From positions 62,001 to 126,000 of the forward strand of contig NIVC01001372.1 in the NCBI GenBank assembly GCA_002269645.1: a stretch of DNA of 64,000 bases. The letters are read 5' to 3'. A program made the position numbers and the translations under genes. Below are positions 50,819-63,950 of the stretch, piece after piece. Below the pieces are notes generated by a model, which saw only the letters and a list, made by a program, of their open reading frames with translations, was not told the DNA's origin and searched no databases. Source of the DNA: Macrostomum lignano (Eukaryota). The stretch's first letter is position 1. Each line of letters opens with the position of its first letter.

Positions 50819-53762
50819 TCAGAGGAAGCCCAGCTTGGCCAGCCGTTCGGTTTTCGTTCCCTTGGAGTTGACGCCGGCCGCCGCCGCCGCGCCCCCGTCA
50901 GTTCTGTCCAGCGGGGCGCGCGGACTGGCGCCAGACGGATTGTAGTCCGAATACGCCTTTCGCGGAGTCCGCGTGCCCAGGATCACCGAACGGGGGCCGC
51001 CTCCGCTGCCGTTGATCCCGGGCGACAAGGGCAGTACGATGGGATCACCTTGCAGTGACCTGGCCCTAGCGTAGCCAGCAGGCGAGGGCAAGGCCAAGCC
51101 ATCCGGGGAGGCGAGCTGGTAGACTTGGCCCAAGCCAGCCGTCTCGCTGACTACGCTAGGCGCACCCTGAGTCAGCATGTAGATCGGCTCCTTGGCGTAT
51201 GCATCCTCCAGGTCGTACATGTCGTCTATAACGTCGACCGCAACATCGTCCGGCGCCTCTTTGGCATCCTCCAGTCGGCGAAGTTGATGAATCTTCGGCA
51301 GGAAGACAACCAAAAGGACCAGCGTCAGGTTGACAAACAGACCAAAGGCTTGACTGGCGTCTTTAACTTCGATGTCCTGGCGAAGCGAACGCGGGGGGAT
51401 ATTGTTACACTACACTGGCTATAGATTGTCCTATAAAAATCCTATAAAAACTTACATCGTTTAGCGATCCGACCAAGCACCAGGCAATCCAAATCGGAAT
51501 GCTAATACCAGCCGTGCAACCAACAAAAATTGACTCGCGATTGTTGCGCCCGATACTGTGAGCTCGAATTGCCAGACAGGTGCAAAGCAGTATTAGAGCC
51601 ATGCAGTAAACTAACGACTGCAGGTGCTGCTCAAAGGTGTGACCGCAGCGGTGCATGCCATCAACAACGGGGGTAGTGATCGGCACCAGGATCAGCCACT
51701 CGACATTGATAGCAATCTGGATGCACAGGGCCAGTGCGAACATCAACAGCTGGTAGACTGGTTTGAGCTGGTCGTTCATCAAATTGAGCAGCTTCACCAT
51801 TAGAATGGAGAACACGGCAGCGTAAATGAATCCGAGCATAAACCGGATGGTGCCGCAGGACTCCACGGACGGCCAGGGCACCCAGGCGAACAGGAAAACG
51901 TAGCCGACAAGAATGAAGAATAGAAGAAACTGACCCGACCAGAGAGTGTTGAAGCTCTTAAGCTCGGAAGGCAGGGAGAGCACCTTGAACAGGATGTAGA
52001 TCATAAATAGGAGAGTGACGATTATGCCAACACTGGCGCACACAATCAGGGCGTACACCCAGTACTGCATGCGGTAGCGAGTCTGCAACAGCAAACTCGA
52101 ATTCGTGGTGGCCGCAGATCCGCCGACAGTCGTGCTGCCAACAGTGGTCGGCGGGCTGATTGTAGACGTGTCATTGCTAGGACACCTTGCAAGACAGGGC
52201 GAATCGCAGAGTCCACTCGGCGCCCATGTGACGTTTCGTTCATCAGTTCCATAGGCCTGTGGTTGAGCAGTTAAACTGAAGCTACCGGATGCGTAGGCCG
52301 CAACCCGAGTCCAAGCATGGCCTGGATATCCTTTCTGATAGTTGTTGACGAACAGGCTGTACTTGCTAGCAGCGCCTGTGGTCGGGTCAAGCGCCACATC
52401 CGTGTAGCCGAGACTGGCCGCTTGAAACAGCTTGTCGTAGCTGAGCCGGTAGCGATTGGCGTTGGAACGGAAAGCCGAGCACAAACTGACGTCACCGGAC
52501 AAGCAGAGGTCACGCCGGATTAGTTCGAGAGCGTGCAGACTCAGATCGACGCTTTGGATTACCCGATAAACCGACGCTTTCACGCTGGCTATGGACTGCA
52601 GATTATTGCTGGCATAGTTGCAAATGGTCGGATAAGTACTACTCGCGCTACCCGGTAAGTTGCAAGCAAAATGAGCCGACCAGAAATCTGCTAGCCAAGG
52701 ATTCTTCTTCGGGTATTCGGCCATGTCCGGTCGCAACCCTCGGAAGTAGGCGAGATAGTCCGAGTAGTTCGCCGTGGTTGACACTTCAACTGCCAGAGCG
52801 CCAGAGAAAAAGTTCTCTTTGCCAGCCACTATCGACCCGACAGAGTCCCAATGCTCAGCCAGCAGCAGCCAAGTGAATGTCCCGCTGCTAGGTCTTAGTG
52901 CCAGCATCTGGGAAGCAAATGACATCAAATCGGAGCGTGTCACGAGCAGCAGGACAGGTCGAATGCGCCAGAAAGCGTTAACGGATGAGGCGGCGGTGCT
53001 GGAGAAAGGGACCCGGTTAACTACGCAGATTCCAGCCGAAGCGAGGCGAGTCTGGGCCGAGTCGGCCAGAGTGACAAAGCGTCCAGCCTGCACAGAGGCG
53101 TCGCTGTGTACCACCTGGACGTGTTGAACACCAAGACGAAGCAGTGTCTGAACCAGAGCATCGAGCTCAGTCAGGTCACTGGGAGTCACTCGAGCTACGA
53201 GAGGGTAGGCAGATCGTCGAAGCGAACTGGAGGCCAGACTGTAGGTCACAGCTGGCCTGCTGAACGAGGTGGTCACCGAGAACGCGTTCACAGCTTCGTC
53301 CATTGATTCCACACCGACAAAGGCGGCTACGTTGCGAGGCTCGACTAGAGTGCTAGTATCGCTGCCGAAAACCGTCTCGCAGGACTGCAAGTTGCCCAGC
53401 AGTTGCGCCGGCATCAGAGCCGACTGGCACGCGTCAAGCACCAAGGATCCGACGGTCACGCCCGACAGCACCCCCGGGTACCGGCTGCGGAAGGTGGACG
53501 CGGCCCACAGACCGGCTTCCAATCGTTGCATCGCCGACAAGCTGGCAGTCCCGCTGCATTCCAACGGACCCGAATTGCTAGTGACATCCTGGACAAACAC
53601 CAAATAAACGTAGCTCTCGTTTACGCCTTGACCAGCCGATTTCGTGAACCCGAAGCGTCGATTAGAAATAGCGCGGCCACTAGGGCACACCTGAGCGTCA
53701 GCTGGCTGGTTGAGTACAGACAGAAGCTGCAGTAGCAGCAGCAGCAGAGGTTCACGTCGCAT
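50819..53762 (-). CDS. Class C GPCR, metabotropic glutamate receptor-like; exons 53762-51456 and 51376-50819, about 954 aa
   Basis: Signal peptide; Venus flytrap motifs QRLEA, VG..VLDAC, RVTPSD and NPWLADFWSAHFACNL; seven TM segments ending VVFLPK. A 79-nt phase-0 intron GAT|GTAAGT..ccAG|GAC is present. Confidence 0.88.
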
Positions 53763-55217
53763 TGCTGTGACGCTTTGAATGTGAAGCAACTTCTAATTTT
53801 GAATATTACCTTTTTCGTTTGGCGATGCTATATTAATCCTTGTTTCGTTCTGCTTTAACTGCTAAACACCCACTTCGCCAAAAAAGATGGGTGGGTACCG
53901 TGGGTGGGTCCTGCTGTAAAGCGACTATACACCCAGTCTCTCCGCCCATCTATCTCTCCACTCATTTTACCTTATTCGCGTTGGCTGCACTGCATTTTTC
54001 ATTGTCGTCCCGCACATTGAGACGCCCCCTTGCAAAAAGAGAGTAGCAGAACTAGAGGGAGAGATATTATGCCAGAATGCAACAGCTGCTGCAGAGTCTG
54101 CAAAGATTCCATTCATGCCTTCGATGCCGTGAAAAAATTGCAACACAGTAAAGAGATACATCAGCTAGAACTCCAAACCGTAACTGAGGAGAACAAGACG
54201 TCTCTCTCACTTGGTGAATATACAACAAAATGTGCCTAAATTCGAGCTGAAAATACACGACAGATGAAATCAGTGGAAGTAAACCACGCAGCTAAAAGAA
54301 AAGACAAACAAACTCAAATCAAACAGTTTCCGGTGACGAGCACCTTGGACTAATTCCTTACAAACAAAATCGTCTGGTTTATTAGCAAAACCCGGTGCGT
54401 ACATGTACTTACATGTACCGGCGAACAAAACCAAACAAAAACTAAAACTCACTTGAGCTAAAATTTCAACAAAAGAATGATCTTTAATTAAGAAGTGCAT
54501 TGACAAGCTATGGGCATGTGTACCTTGCCTATTTTTTTAAGAAACTAGTCGGCGCTATCAGATATAAGCTCCTAATTAACAATCGCGGTTAATATAGTTT
54601 CAAAAACGAACACCAAATAAAAAACTAGAAAACTTCAGGACACAAACAACGGCAAGATATGTAAAAATACGTTAGTAACAAGCTATTAAAACGCTGGGAC
54701 AACTCGAGCCAGACTACCAGAAATCACGGGCAAAGTGATGGAAAAGTTCCTATTTCATATTCAGACAAGGTCCGGTCCTTCTACTGATCAGGTCAAAAAA
54801 CGAAGCTATCTACTGAATATGCACAACGCACTACTCGCAAAAGTAGAAATAGTAGCTAAAATGAAATCACTTCGCCGTAAAAACTTTAACGGAATGAGTA
54901 TGAAAAACAATGCTAAGAATTATTAATAAGAAATCAGGTAAATTAATCAATAAACTAGCTAGAAAATTATTGCATAATTAACAAATGAAAAGAAAACAAA
55001 TTATTAGAGATTCAAAGCAATCAGTTGTGTACCCTACTATAAATTACATTACAAAAATATACAGGATAATGAAAACTTTTTTTGTAATTATTAAGACTAC
55101 TACATTGAATTGCCTAAGGTGCAAAACTAGTTATTGAGCAATTGAAAATTTGACTTTTAACAAGCTTTTAAAAGTCAGAAAGAAACTTTCTAATCGTCCC
55201 AAATATAACGTTGGCTT

Positions 55218-58200
55218 TCACATGTAGGACTGCTGATCAATGTCTTTAATATGATAAACCTCAGGATCAACAGTGAGAGCCAACTCTCTTTGATGATACC
55301 GCCGCAGACTGGATCGATGACCAACGCTAACCAGGCAGAGCTCTGGCAAATCTTTCAGCAACAATTCGTAGACAACAGCTTCCAGATCCGAGTCCAGAGC
55401 GCTGGTGGCTTCGTCAAGCAGCAGTAGACGCGGCCTGTGAAACAAACACCGAAGCGTCACTAACCGCTGCTGCTCACCGGGACTCAGACTGACTGACCAA
55501 TCCATCACAGAGTCCCAGCCGCTGCTTGAACAGCCACCACCGCGATCCAGCAGCTCCGATAGGTGCAGCAACGCCAAGCGCGACTCCAGCCAGGAGAAAT
55601 CTAAGCTGGCCCGCAGCTGAGCAGTGAGACGGCGGGGAAACACCACCTGCAATGCGGTGCGGTTATTAGAGCTGGTTACTAGGGCTGGTTACTAAGGCTG
55701 GCTACTGGGGCTGGTTACTAGGGCTGGTTACTAAGGCTGGCTACTGGGGCTGGTTACTAGGGCTGGTTACTACGGCTGATCACTGGGGCTGGTTACTAGG
55801 GCTGGTTACTAGGGCTGGTTACTAGGGCTGGTTACTAGGGCTGGTTACTGGGGCTGATTACTGGGGCTGGTTACTAGGGCTGGTTACTAGGGCTGGTTAC
55901 AAGGGCTGGTTACTAGGGCTAGTTACTAGGGCTGGTTACTAGGGCTGGTTACTAGGGCTGGTTACTACGGCTGGTTACTGGGGCTGGTTACTAGGGCTGA
56001 TTACTGGGGCTGGTTACTAGGGCTGGTTACTAGGGCTGGTTACTGGGGCGATTCTAGAGCTGGTTACGGGGGCGATTCTAGGGCTGGTTACTAGGGCTAG
56101 TTACTAGGGCTGGTTACTAGGGCTGGTTACTAGGGCTGATTACTGGGGCTGGTTACTAGGGCTGGTTACTAAGGCTGATTACTGGGGCTGGTTACTGAAG
56201 CGATTCTAGGGCTGGTTACTGGGGCGATTCTAGGGCTGGTTACAGGTGCGATTCTAGGGCTGGTTACTGGGGCGATTCTAGGGCTGGTTACTGGGGCGAT
56301 TCTAGGGCTGGTTACTGGGGCGATTCTAAGGCTGGTTACTGGGGCGATTCTAGGGCTGGTTACTGGGGCGATTCTAGGGCTGGTTACTGGGGCGATTCTA
56401 GGGCTGGTTACTGGGGCGATTCTAGGGCTGGTTACTGGGGCGATTCTAGGGCTGGTTACTGGGGCGATTCTAGAGCTGGTTACTGGGGCGATTCTAGGGC
56501 TGGTTACTGGGGCGATTCTAAGGCTGGTTACTGGGGCGATTCTAGGGCTGGTTACTGGGGCGATTCTAGGGCTGGTTACTGGGGCGATTCTAGAGCTGGT
56601 TACTGGGGCGATTCTAGGGCTGGTTACTGGGGCGATTCTAGGGCTGGTTATTGGGGCGATTCTAGGGCTGGTTACTGGGGCGATTCTAGGGCTGGTTACT
56701 GGGGCGATTCTAGGGCTGGTTACTCGAGCGATTCTAGGGCTGGTTACTGGGGCGATTCTAGGGCTGGTTACTGGGGCGATTCTAGGGCTGGTTACTGGGG
56801 CGATTCTAGGGCTGGTTACTGGGGCGATTCAATGACTTGGTTAAATAACGAAAAAAGCAGCAGGCACCTGTTGCAGCAGGGTGCCGCCAGCGGTAAAGTA
56901 CGGCCTCTGCGGCGCGAACAGAACCTGCAGCGGCTCGTTCGATCGGCCAGCGGCGCCTTTGACAGCCATCAGAATTTGGCGCTCTTCTGAATAGCTTCCG
57001 GTTGCCGGGCGCCATAGACCGGAAACGGTTCGCAAAAGGGCCGTTTTACCGCAACCGCTGGGACCGGTGATTAGCAGGGAGTCGCCGGGGTTCAAGGATA
57101 AGCTTAGGCCTGTTTTTTAAAAAGAAATTAGAAGAAATATATTAGTGCAAAACAAAGAACATTGTAAAGAGTACAATGTGTACTTTAGAAAATACTAAAA
57201 TTAGGTTTAATTTTCCGACCTTTAAATGTACACACACTCACACCAGTTTCAAACAGACTAAAAATATCTATTTGATTTCAACACAATATCACGCGGTAAA
57301 AGACACAGAGAGACAGATAAGCTTTACTTGTTTTCATTGGCTTTAATTATAATGTATTGCTCACCAAATTAGATTTGAATACTGATAAGGCAAAGATAAA
57401 AAATAGTTGGTAAACTATACCTGCGAATTATAATAATTGTGTTTATACAGGCTCTTAGCCAGTCTGTGTTTCAAATATTCTCAGTTCCCTACCTGACTCT
57501 CATCTCATCGAATCTCACTCAAATCTACTCTCAGTTCCCTACCCGACTCTCATCTCACCTCAATCTAATCTCAGTTCCCTACCTGACTCTCATCTCACCT
57601 CAATCTAATCTCAGTTCCCTACTTGACTCTCATCTCACCTCAATCTATTCTCAGTTCCCTACCTGACTCTCATCTCACCTCAATCTATTCTCAGTTCCCT
57701 ACCTGACTCTCATCTCACCTCAATCTATTCTCAGTTCCCTACCTGACTCTCATCTCACCTTTAATCAGCAGTCTATCCCCCGGTCCAGGCGGTTTAACAC
57801 ACAACCCGCGAAACTCCAACACCGGTCGCATCAACGACATGTCGGCATCTCCGACCCTATCGACAACAAGAGTGTCGCAACTAGCGGCAGCATTGGCAGC
57901 GGCGGAATCGAAGCACCAATCTGAATAGCAGCTGCGATGACAATTTTGCAAAGCTTCGCTCAGCTCCAACACGCGATGCGACGTGCCAATAATGTCGCCA
58001 GCCTCAATAGCCAAATCAATCAGTTTAGTGAACTGGTGGAACAGGTAGATCATTACAAATAAAGTGCGACTAATTAGCGAGGCCAGGTCAGTTCTAGATA
58101 AGCTGTCGTAGACTCCGGCAAAGATGGGCACAGCCAGTGACAGATAACTGCCAATGCTGGCCGCGTAATCGCAGAAATTGACAAATGCAGTCAGCGCATA

Positions 58201-59216
58201 TTGGCGAAGCACCACTCGGCGTTGAAGCGATAGCAGCGATTCCAGCGAGGCTGAGCACTGCTCAAGTTCCACTTGTTCGCAATCGTGAAATGCCGCGGAT
58301 TCGGCACTGATGCGGATCTGAAAATGAATGGGATTAGCTGGCTTAATCTGTAAATACTAATGAATGTACTAATAGCCTAATATGAGGCCTAATGAATGTA
58401 CTAATAGCCTAATATGAGGCCTAATGAATGTACTAATAGCCTAATATGAGGCCTAATGAATGTACTAGTAACCTAATATGAGGCCTAATGAATTTACTAA
58501 TAGCCTAATATGAGGCTTAATGAATGTACTAATTGCCTAATATGAGGCCTAATGAATGTACTAATAGCCTAATATGAGGCCTAATGAATGTACTAGTAAC
58601 CTAATATGAGGCCTTATGAATGTACTAATAACCTAATATGCAGCTAAATGAATGTACTAACCTAGTATTCAGCTTAATGAATGTACTAATAGCCTAATAT
58701 AAGGCCTAATGAATGTACTTATAGCCTTATGTAAGGAATAAAGAATGTACATGTACTTATAGCCTAATATGGAGCTTAATGAAGGTAATAATAACCTAAT
58801 GAGGCTTAATGAATGTACTAATAGATTAATCTAGGGAAAAAATGAATGAACAAAAATTGTTAATAATTGCATAACTCAAGCATTCAAAACTGTCAACAAA
58901 GCATTTCTATAATTATCACCTGCGAATGTCGATGCCGAAAGTCGCCTTCGCCGGCCTCCTGGCGGACTACGGCGCGCGACACCAACTGGAGCAGGTAGCG
59001 GTTGGCCACGGTGGCCAGCACAAAGAATGCCAGAGACACGCCGGGACCCAACCAGCCAGTGATCCTCACGCATTCGTAGGTGTAATACGCGATTATGAAT
59101 GGCGACACTAGCAGGGTGTCAATCATGCCGCTGAAGGCCCGGCACATTCGCTCCACGTCTTGGGCAATTCGCTGGTCGCTGCATGAGAGTGAGGAATTAC
59201 CTGGGTTAGTGACGGG

Positions 59217-59258
<42 letters not shown>

Positions 59259-60294
59259 GGAAGACAGACATACAAACAGACAAACAAGCAGACAGACCGA
59301 CACCAACACAGACAGACAGGCAGACAGGCAGACAGACAGACAGACAGACAGGCAGGCAGGCAGGCAGGCAGACAGACAGATGGACAGACAGACAGACAGA
59401 CAGATGGACAGACAGACAGACAGACAGACGGACAGACAGGCACAGACAGACAGATGGACAGAAGCAGACATAAAGCGGCACAGAGGCCACTCACGGATTG
59501 TCAATCTCAGTATAGATATGCAGCATGTAGAACGCCTTCTTGTGCAGATAGGCCAGATGAAGATTGTCGGTGATTTGACGTCGCAAATTCAAATACAGTA
59601 AGTTGGACACAAAGTTTTTGGTACTTTTTATCTAAAAGAAAAAAATCACTGAAAATATAATTTACGGCGGTGATATTCGTATGCGCTACTAATAGTAAGC
59701 GAGGTTTTTTTTAAAAACTACTCACAGCCACAATGCCAACAATAAGCGCCGAAGCCGTGAGCGTGACTCGCCAGAACAGTGGCACATCTGTATCGCCCAG
59801 CGCCTTGTAATACTGACTAGATATCATGCCGACGTTATAGGCGGTGATTTGTTCTGAAAAAATCATTTTGAAGCGAAACTTCTCGCCATCTTTTGCCTCA
59901 CCATTTTACACTGCCCCAGCCTCTCTGATCAACAGAAGCTACATAAGTCTGGAGACTTTATGCTTACAGATTACTCAAATTTCACAATTGATAGAAATCC
60001 CAATCATTTATAAAAGCAATAATAATTCATGGTTAAGTTGAAGTTTTCTCATCTCCCCCTCGGGGGGGGGCATTTGAGCTAGTCCAAATACTAAAAAATA
60101 TTCCCTAGATATAGAAAAGCCTATTTAAAAATATATAGCTACATACCCAAAACGCTGAGTAGAAGTAGAAATGCAAACAGTGCCGTATTCTTTGAGCAGA
60201 CGTTAGGAAATACAACACGAAATAGTTGAAAGACTCGCTTCCCAAAATGTATGTTAAATTGGAATCTGGAATTGCATGGGGAGTAGTTTTTCAT
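55218..60294 (-). CDS. ABCD4: ABC transporter D family member 4 (lysosomal cobalamin exporter-like); exons 60294-60147, 59853-59726, 59631-59495, 59178-58920, 58317-57759, 57109-56868, 55646-55218; about 633 aa
   Basis: All six GT-AG junctions are phase-consistent. Motifs IDNPDQRIAQDVER, TGWLGP, EGDFR, Walker A GPSGCGKT, PQRPYF, signature LSPGEQQRL, Walker B LLLLDEATSALD and VSVGHR. Confidence 0.93.
55665..56830. repeat. Intronic compound minisatellite, 13-bp (gggctggttacta) grading into 24-bp (ctagggctggttactggggcgatt) units
   Basis: Fills ABCD4 intron 6. Confidence 0.95.
57480..57760. repeat. Intronic minisatellite, 40-bp unit, overlapping the ABCD4 exon-5 donor
   Basis: Unit tctcagttccctacctgactctcatctcacctcaatctat. 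The last ctcacc is the functional donor. Confidence 0.9.
58355..58830. repeat. Intronic minisatellite, 32-bp unit (taatgaatgtactaatagcctaatatgaggcc)
   Basis: Fills ABCD4 intron 4. Confidence 0.92.
59215..59470. repeat. (CAGA)n microsatellite in ABCD4 intron 3
   Basis: Visible. Confidence 0.95.
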
Positions 60295-60374
60295 ATTTCC
60301 TGCACTTGGTCCAGCTTGTACACCATCTAGTGTGTGCGAGTGTCGGTACAGGCTGTCTATTTGCATGCCTCTCT

Positions 60375-60650
<276 letters not shown>

Positions 60651-60753
60651 TCTCTCTATGCCTGTCTTATTTGTCTTATTTTTATTCAAAAAGTGCCATA
60701 TTTTCATTTATCTACACCCCGAAACGCAGACACAGCACTAAGCGACAACTCAC

Positions 60754-60912
60754 TTAGCCGCAGGGTCAACCACGCTGGCACCATCGACACCAGCTGACAC
60801 GTCACTCTGTGCGCCAGCTTCGGACACTGGCAGCACAGAGGAGCCCCTGCTGGACACGTGGAAGTATGACATACCAAACACTTCTTTAAAGCCAACCAAT
60901 CTTCCACTATGG
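60754..60912 (-). other. Probable upstream exon (5' UTR or N-terminal extension) of ABCD4
   Basis: Strong acceptor cttcttgtgccctgctctttcAG and donor AA|GTGAGT flank a 159-nt GC-rich island. Confidence 0.45.
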
Positions 60913-61844
60913 CTGAAAGAGCAGGGCACAAGAAGACGGTTATATTACTTATTTATACATAACAGCATGCAGAATGATAAACGAAGGCTAAATGCACTTA
61001 AAAGTAAAGTCTGACACAGAACCGAAACTTTGACTCTGTGAAATGGCATAAATATTTATTACTTTCCCACGAAACTGTTTTCAGGCCTGATAAGACAAAT
61101 GCGCTCAACACTTCTGCGTGCGGAACGCGGAAAAAAACTTGAAAAAATAACTTTATGGTACTTATTTAGTCCAGAATTATTAATCCACAAATATTTTACA
61201 CTAGTCAAGCTTCTTTTTTCTAGATTTTGCTTTTTTTGTCATATATTACTCGTACATCAGATTATGTCATATATAACTGCCTATATAAGAATATAAAGTC
61301 GAATTATACTAAAATGGTATATAAAAATAATTAACCAATGCATATTTACACTTTAACGATTAATAAAACCTGCCCCACAAAAATCAATATATTTTATATA
61401 TTCTTTGATAAAACAGTGACACCTTTTACCATGTTAAAAGAACACGTAATATACAAGGCAAATTAAATGAAGTTCTTAACATCGCCTATATATATTCGTA
61501 CAAACAGATAATAGCGCAAGATAGTTAGAACAAATTCACCTACATAAAACTGTTTGACCTGTACAGCACATTAAAAGGATATATCAATATTTACACATGT
61601 ATATACAGACATGCGGCTATGTTTATCACTGGAACACATCGGTCTTAAATTTAGCAAACTAAATTATGACTGAAAACACAGATACAGAAAAAAAATTCTA
61701 TAATTTAAATCCGCTAACGAGCGGTCGTCATGTACAGTGCGGATAAACTTTGAAAGCTTTAACTGTGTCGGTGAGACAGAGTCTGGGAGAACAAAATGGT
61801 AGCAGAGCTAAATAGAGGGAGACATAGGAGACAGTAGAGTGGGA

Positions 61845-62215
61845 GAGAGGGAGACAGGGGATACAGTAGAGTGGGAGAGGGAGACAGGGGACACAGTAGA
61901 GTGGGAGAGAGAGACAGGGGATACAGTAGAGTGGGAGAGGGAGACAGGGGATACAGTAGAGTGGGAGAGGGAGACAGGGGAGACAGTAGAGTGGGGAGAG
62001 GGAGACATGGGAGACAGTAGAGTGGGAGAGGGAGACATGGGAGATAGTAGAGTGGGAGAGGGAGACATGGGAGACAGAAGAGTGGGAGAGGGAGACAGGG
62101 GAGACAGTAGAGTGGGAGAGGGAGACAGGGAAGACAGTAGAGTGGGAGAGGGAGACAGGGGAGACAGTAGAGTGGGAGAGGGAGACATGGGAGATAGTAG
62201 AGTGGGAGAGGAATA
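61845..62215. repeat. Purine-rich minisatellite, 30-bp unit (gggagacagtagagtgggagagggagacag)
   Basis: Visible, downstream of the ATG4 stop. Confidence 0.92.
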
Positions 62216-62362
62216 CACCAGACAACTATTAATAAATAACTGAGAACTTGGCACCTTGTCTGATTAAATTTATTACATTGTACTAAAAATAGTTTTACAA
62301 ACAAAACGTTTTTGCTGAATTATTAAAACAAATTCAGTAGTGTCTCCTACTCTAAATCAGTT

Positions 62363-63605
62363 TTAAATCATAACGAAATCAAATTCTTCAGACAGCTCAG
62401 AATCCGCGCAATCGCTTTCCAGCTGGCAATCAGCATCAGGCTCCACTTCATCGTCAATAGGCAGCACCTGCCTCGGCCGTCTGGAGCTGTTGATGCCGCG
62501 CCTGCCCGACAGGTGAAAGAACTCGCTAGCCGATGCGCCAACCACAATGCCGCCTTCCGCGTCCTCCGCTCCGTCGCAGTCGTACCCTGGCTGACCTCTG
62601 TTGTTATCATTTCCAGCTAGACTGGCTCGGCCAACATCCGCGTAGCAACTGCCCTGGTCTGACATGGCCAGGGAGGTGATGGTGACGCCGGATGGCGGCC
62701 AGAGGTCGCGCGAGGTCTGCACCACACAGGCCAGACCGCGGCATTCCGCGTCCAGGCAAGTCAGCAGTCTGGAGTGGGATTTACGATGCACTGTGATAGG
62801 GAGAATGAGGATCTAAGAGGGAAAATGAGGACCTAAAGAGGGATAATGAGGATGTAAGAGGGAAAATAAGGATTTGAGAGGGATAATGAGGATGTAAGAG
62901 GGAAAATGAGGATGTAAGAGGGAAAATGAGGATGTAAGAGAGATAAGGAGGATGTAAGAGAGATAATGAGGATGTAAGAGGGAAAATGAGGATCTAAGAG
63001 CAATAGCTAACACACTGATCTGATAGAGTGGCTGGTCCAGCAACTGAGGATCTGGGAGGCTGGCCCAGCAACTGGTGATCTGGGAGGCTGGCAAAGCAAC
63101 TGGGGATCTGGGAGGCTGGCCCAGCAACTGGGGATCTGGGAGGCTGGCAAAGCAACTGAGGATCTGGGAGGCTGGCCCAGCAACTGAGGATCTGGGAGGC
63201 TGGCCCAGCAACTGAGGATCTGGGAGGCTGGCCCAGCAACTGAGGATCTGGGAGGCTGGCCCAGCATCAGAGAAGCAACATCTACCTATCCAGCTCAGTC
63301 CTGCTGTCCAGCAGGAAGCCGACAGCGCAGCTGGGGTCCAGGCGGCGATAAGACACGAACCGAGGCCGGCTGTTCCGCAGCTGGGCTCGCCAGTCCCGAA
63401 CGCATCTGTCGTGCGGATCCAAGCCGAGCAGTCGGTCGCCTTGGTAACCACAAAAGTACACGGAGCGTCGAGGCCGGCCGCCGAGTACACCAAGGCAGGA
63501 GGGCTGGCGGAGCAGCGACTGCAGAGCTGCCAGATGGTCAGGGTGGGCGAGCGAGGCGCCGCCCAGACGGAGAGGCAGCAGCAGCAGCAGCAGCGGTGGC
63601 AGCGG
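62363..63605 (-). CDS. ATG4: Autophagy cysteine protease ATG4 (peptidase C54, ATG4C/D-like), last two exons 63605-63286 and 62768-62363; the 5' exons lie beyond the window
   Basis: Motifs LLPLRLGG, GVLGGRPRRSVYFCGYQ, catalytic LDPH and LDPSCAVGF. Phase-2 junction AG|GTAGAT..tccAG|A. C-terminal LIR-like EEFDFV. Confidence 0.88.
62795..63265. repeat. Two minisatellites in the last ATG4 intron: 20-bp (62795-63000) and 28-bp (63030-63265) units
   Basis: gagggaaaatgaggatgtaa and ccagcaactgaggatctgggaggctggc. Confidence 0.9.
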
Positions 63606-63744
63606 CTGGAACAGACGGGGATGCAGAGAAATCCAAACAAACTTCGAGAACTTTAAGTCGACTGCTAAAATATTTATAGGAAATGGTAAAGAAATCAATG
63701 GTAATAGCTCAGATGGAGAAATACTCGTGCGGATGTGGCTCAGG

Positions 63745-63950
63745 TGGATAAAGACTACATGGGGGAATCACTCCAGGATGAATAAAGACTACATGGGGTA
63801 ATCACTCCAAGATGGACAAAGACTCCATGGGGTAATCACTCAAGATGGATAAAGACTCATGGGGTAATCACTCCAAGATGGACAAAGACTCCATGGGGTA
63901 ATCACTCCAAGATGGACAAAGACTCCATGGAAGAATCGCTCCAAGATAGA
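63745..63950. repeat. Minisatellite, 34-bp unit (gatggacaaagactccatggggtaatcactccaa), in an ATG4 intron
   Basis: Visible, about 6 units. Confidence 0.88.

Larger units (their letters stand above)
35319..51020 (+). repeat. Tandem segmental duplication, copy B (15.7 kb)
   Basis: The junction gatcccg-t-tggtagc joins the sequence of 51020 to that of 13124 with one extra T at 35318. Confidence 0.95.

Noticed and set aside
51125-53735. Antisense and alternative-frame ORFs over the GPCR, WDR89 and AFF exons
   Set aside because: Expected shadows of GC-rich coding sequence, with no independent motifs.
55665-56830. Interstitial telomeric repeat (TAGGG words)
   Set aside because: No TTAGGG tandem run. 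TAGGG is just part of 13-34-bp units.
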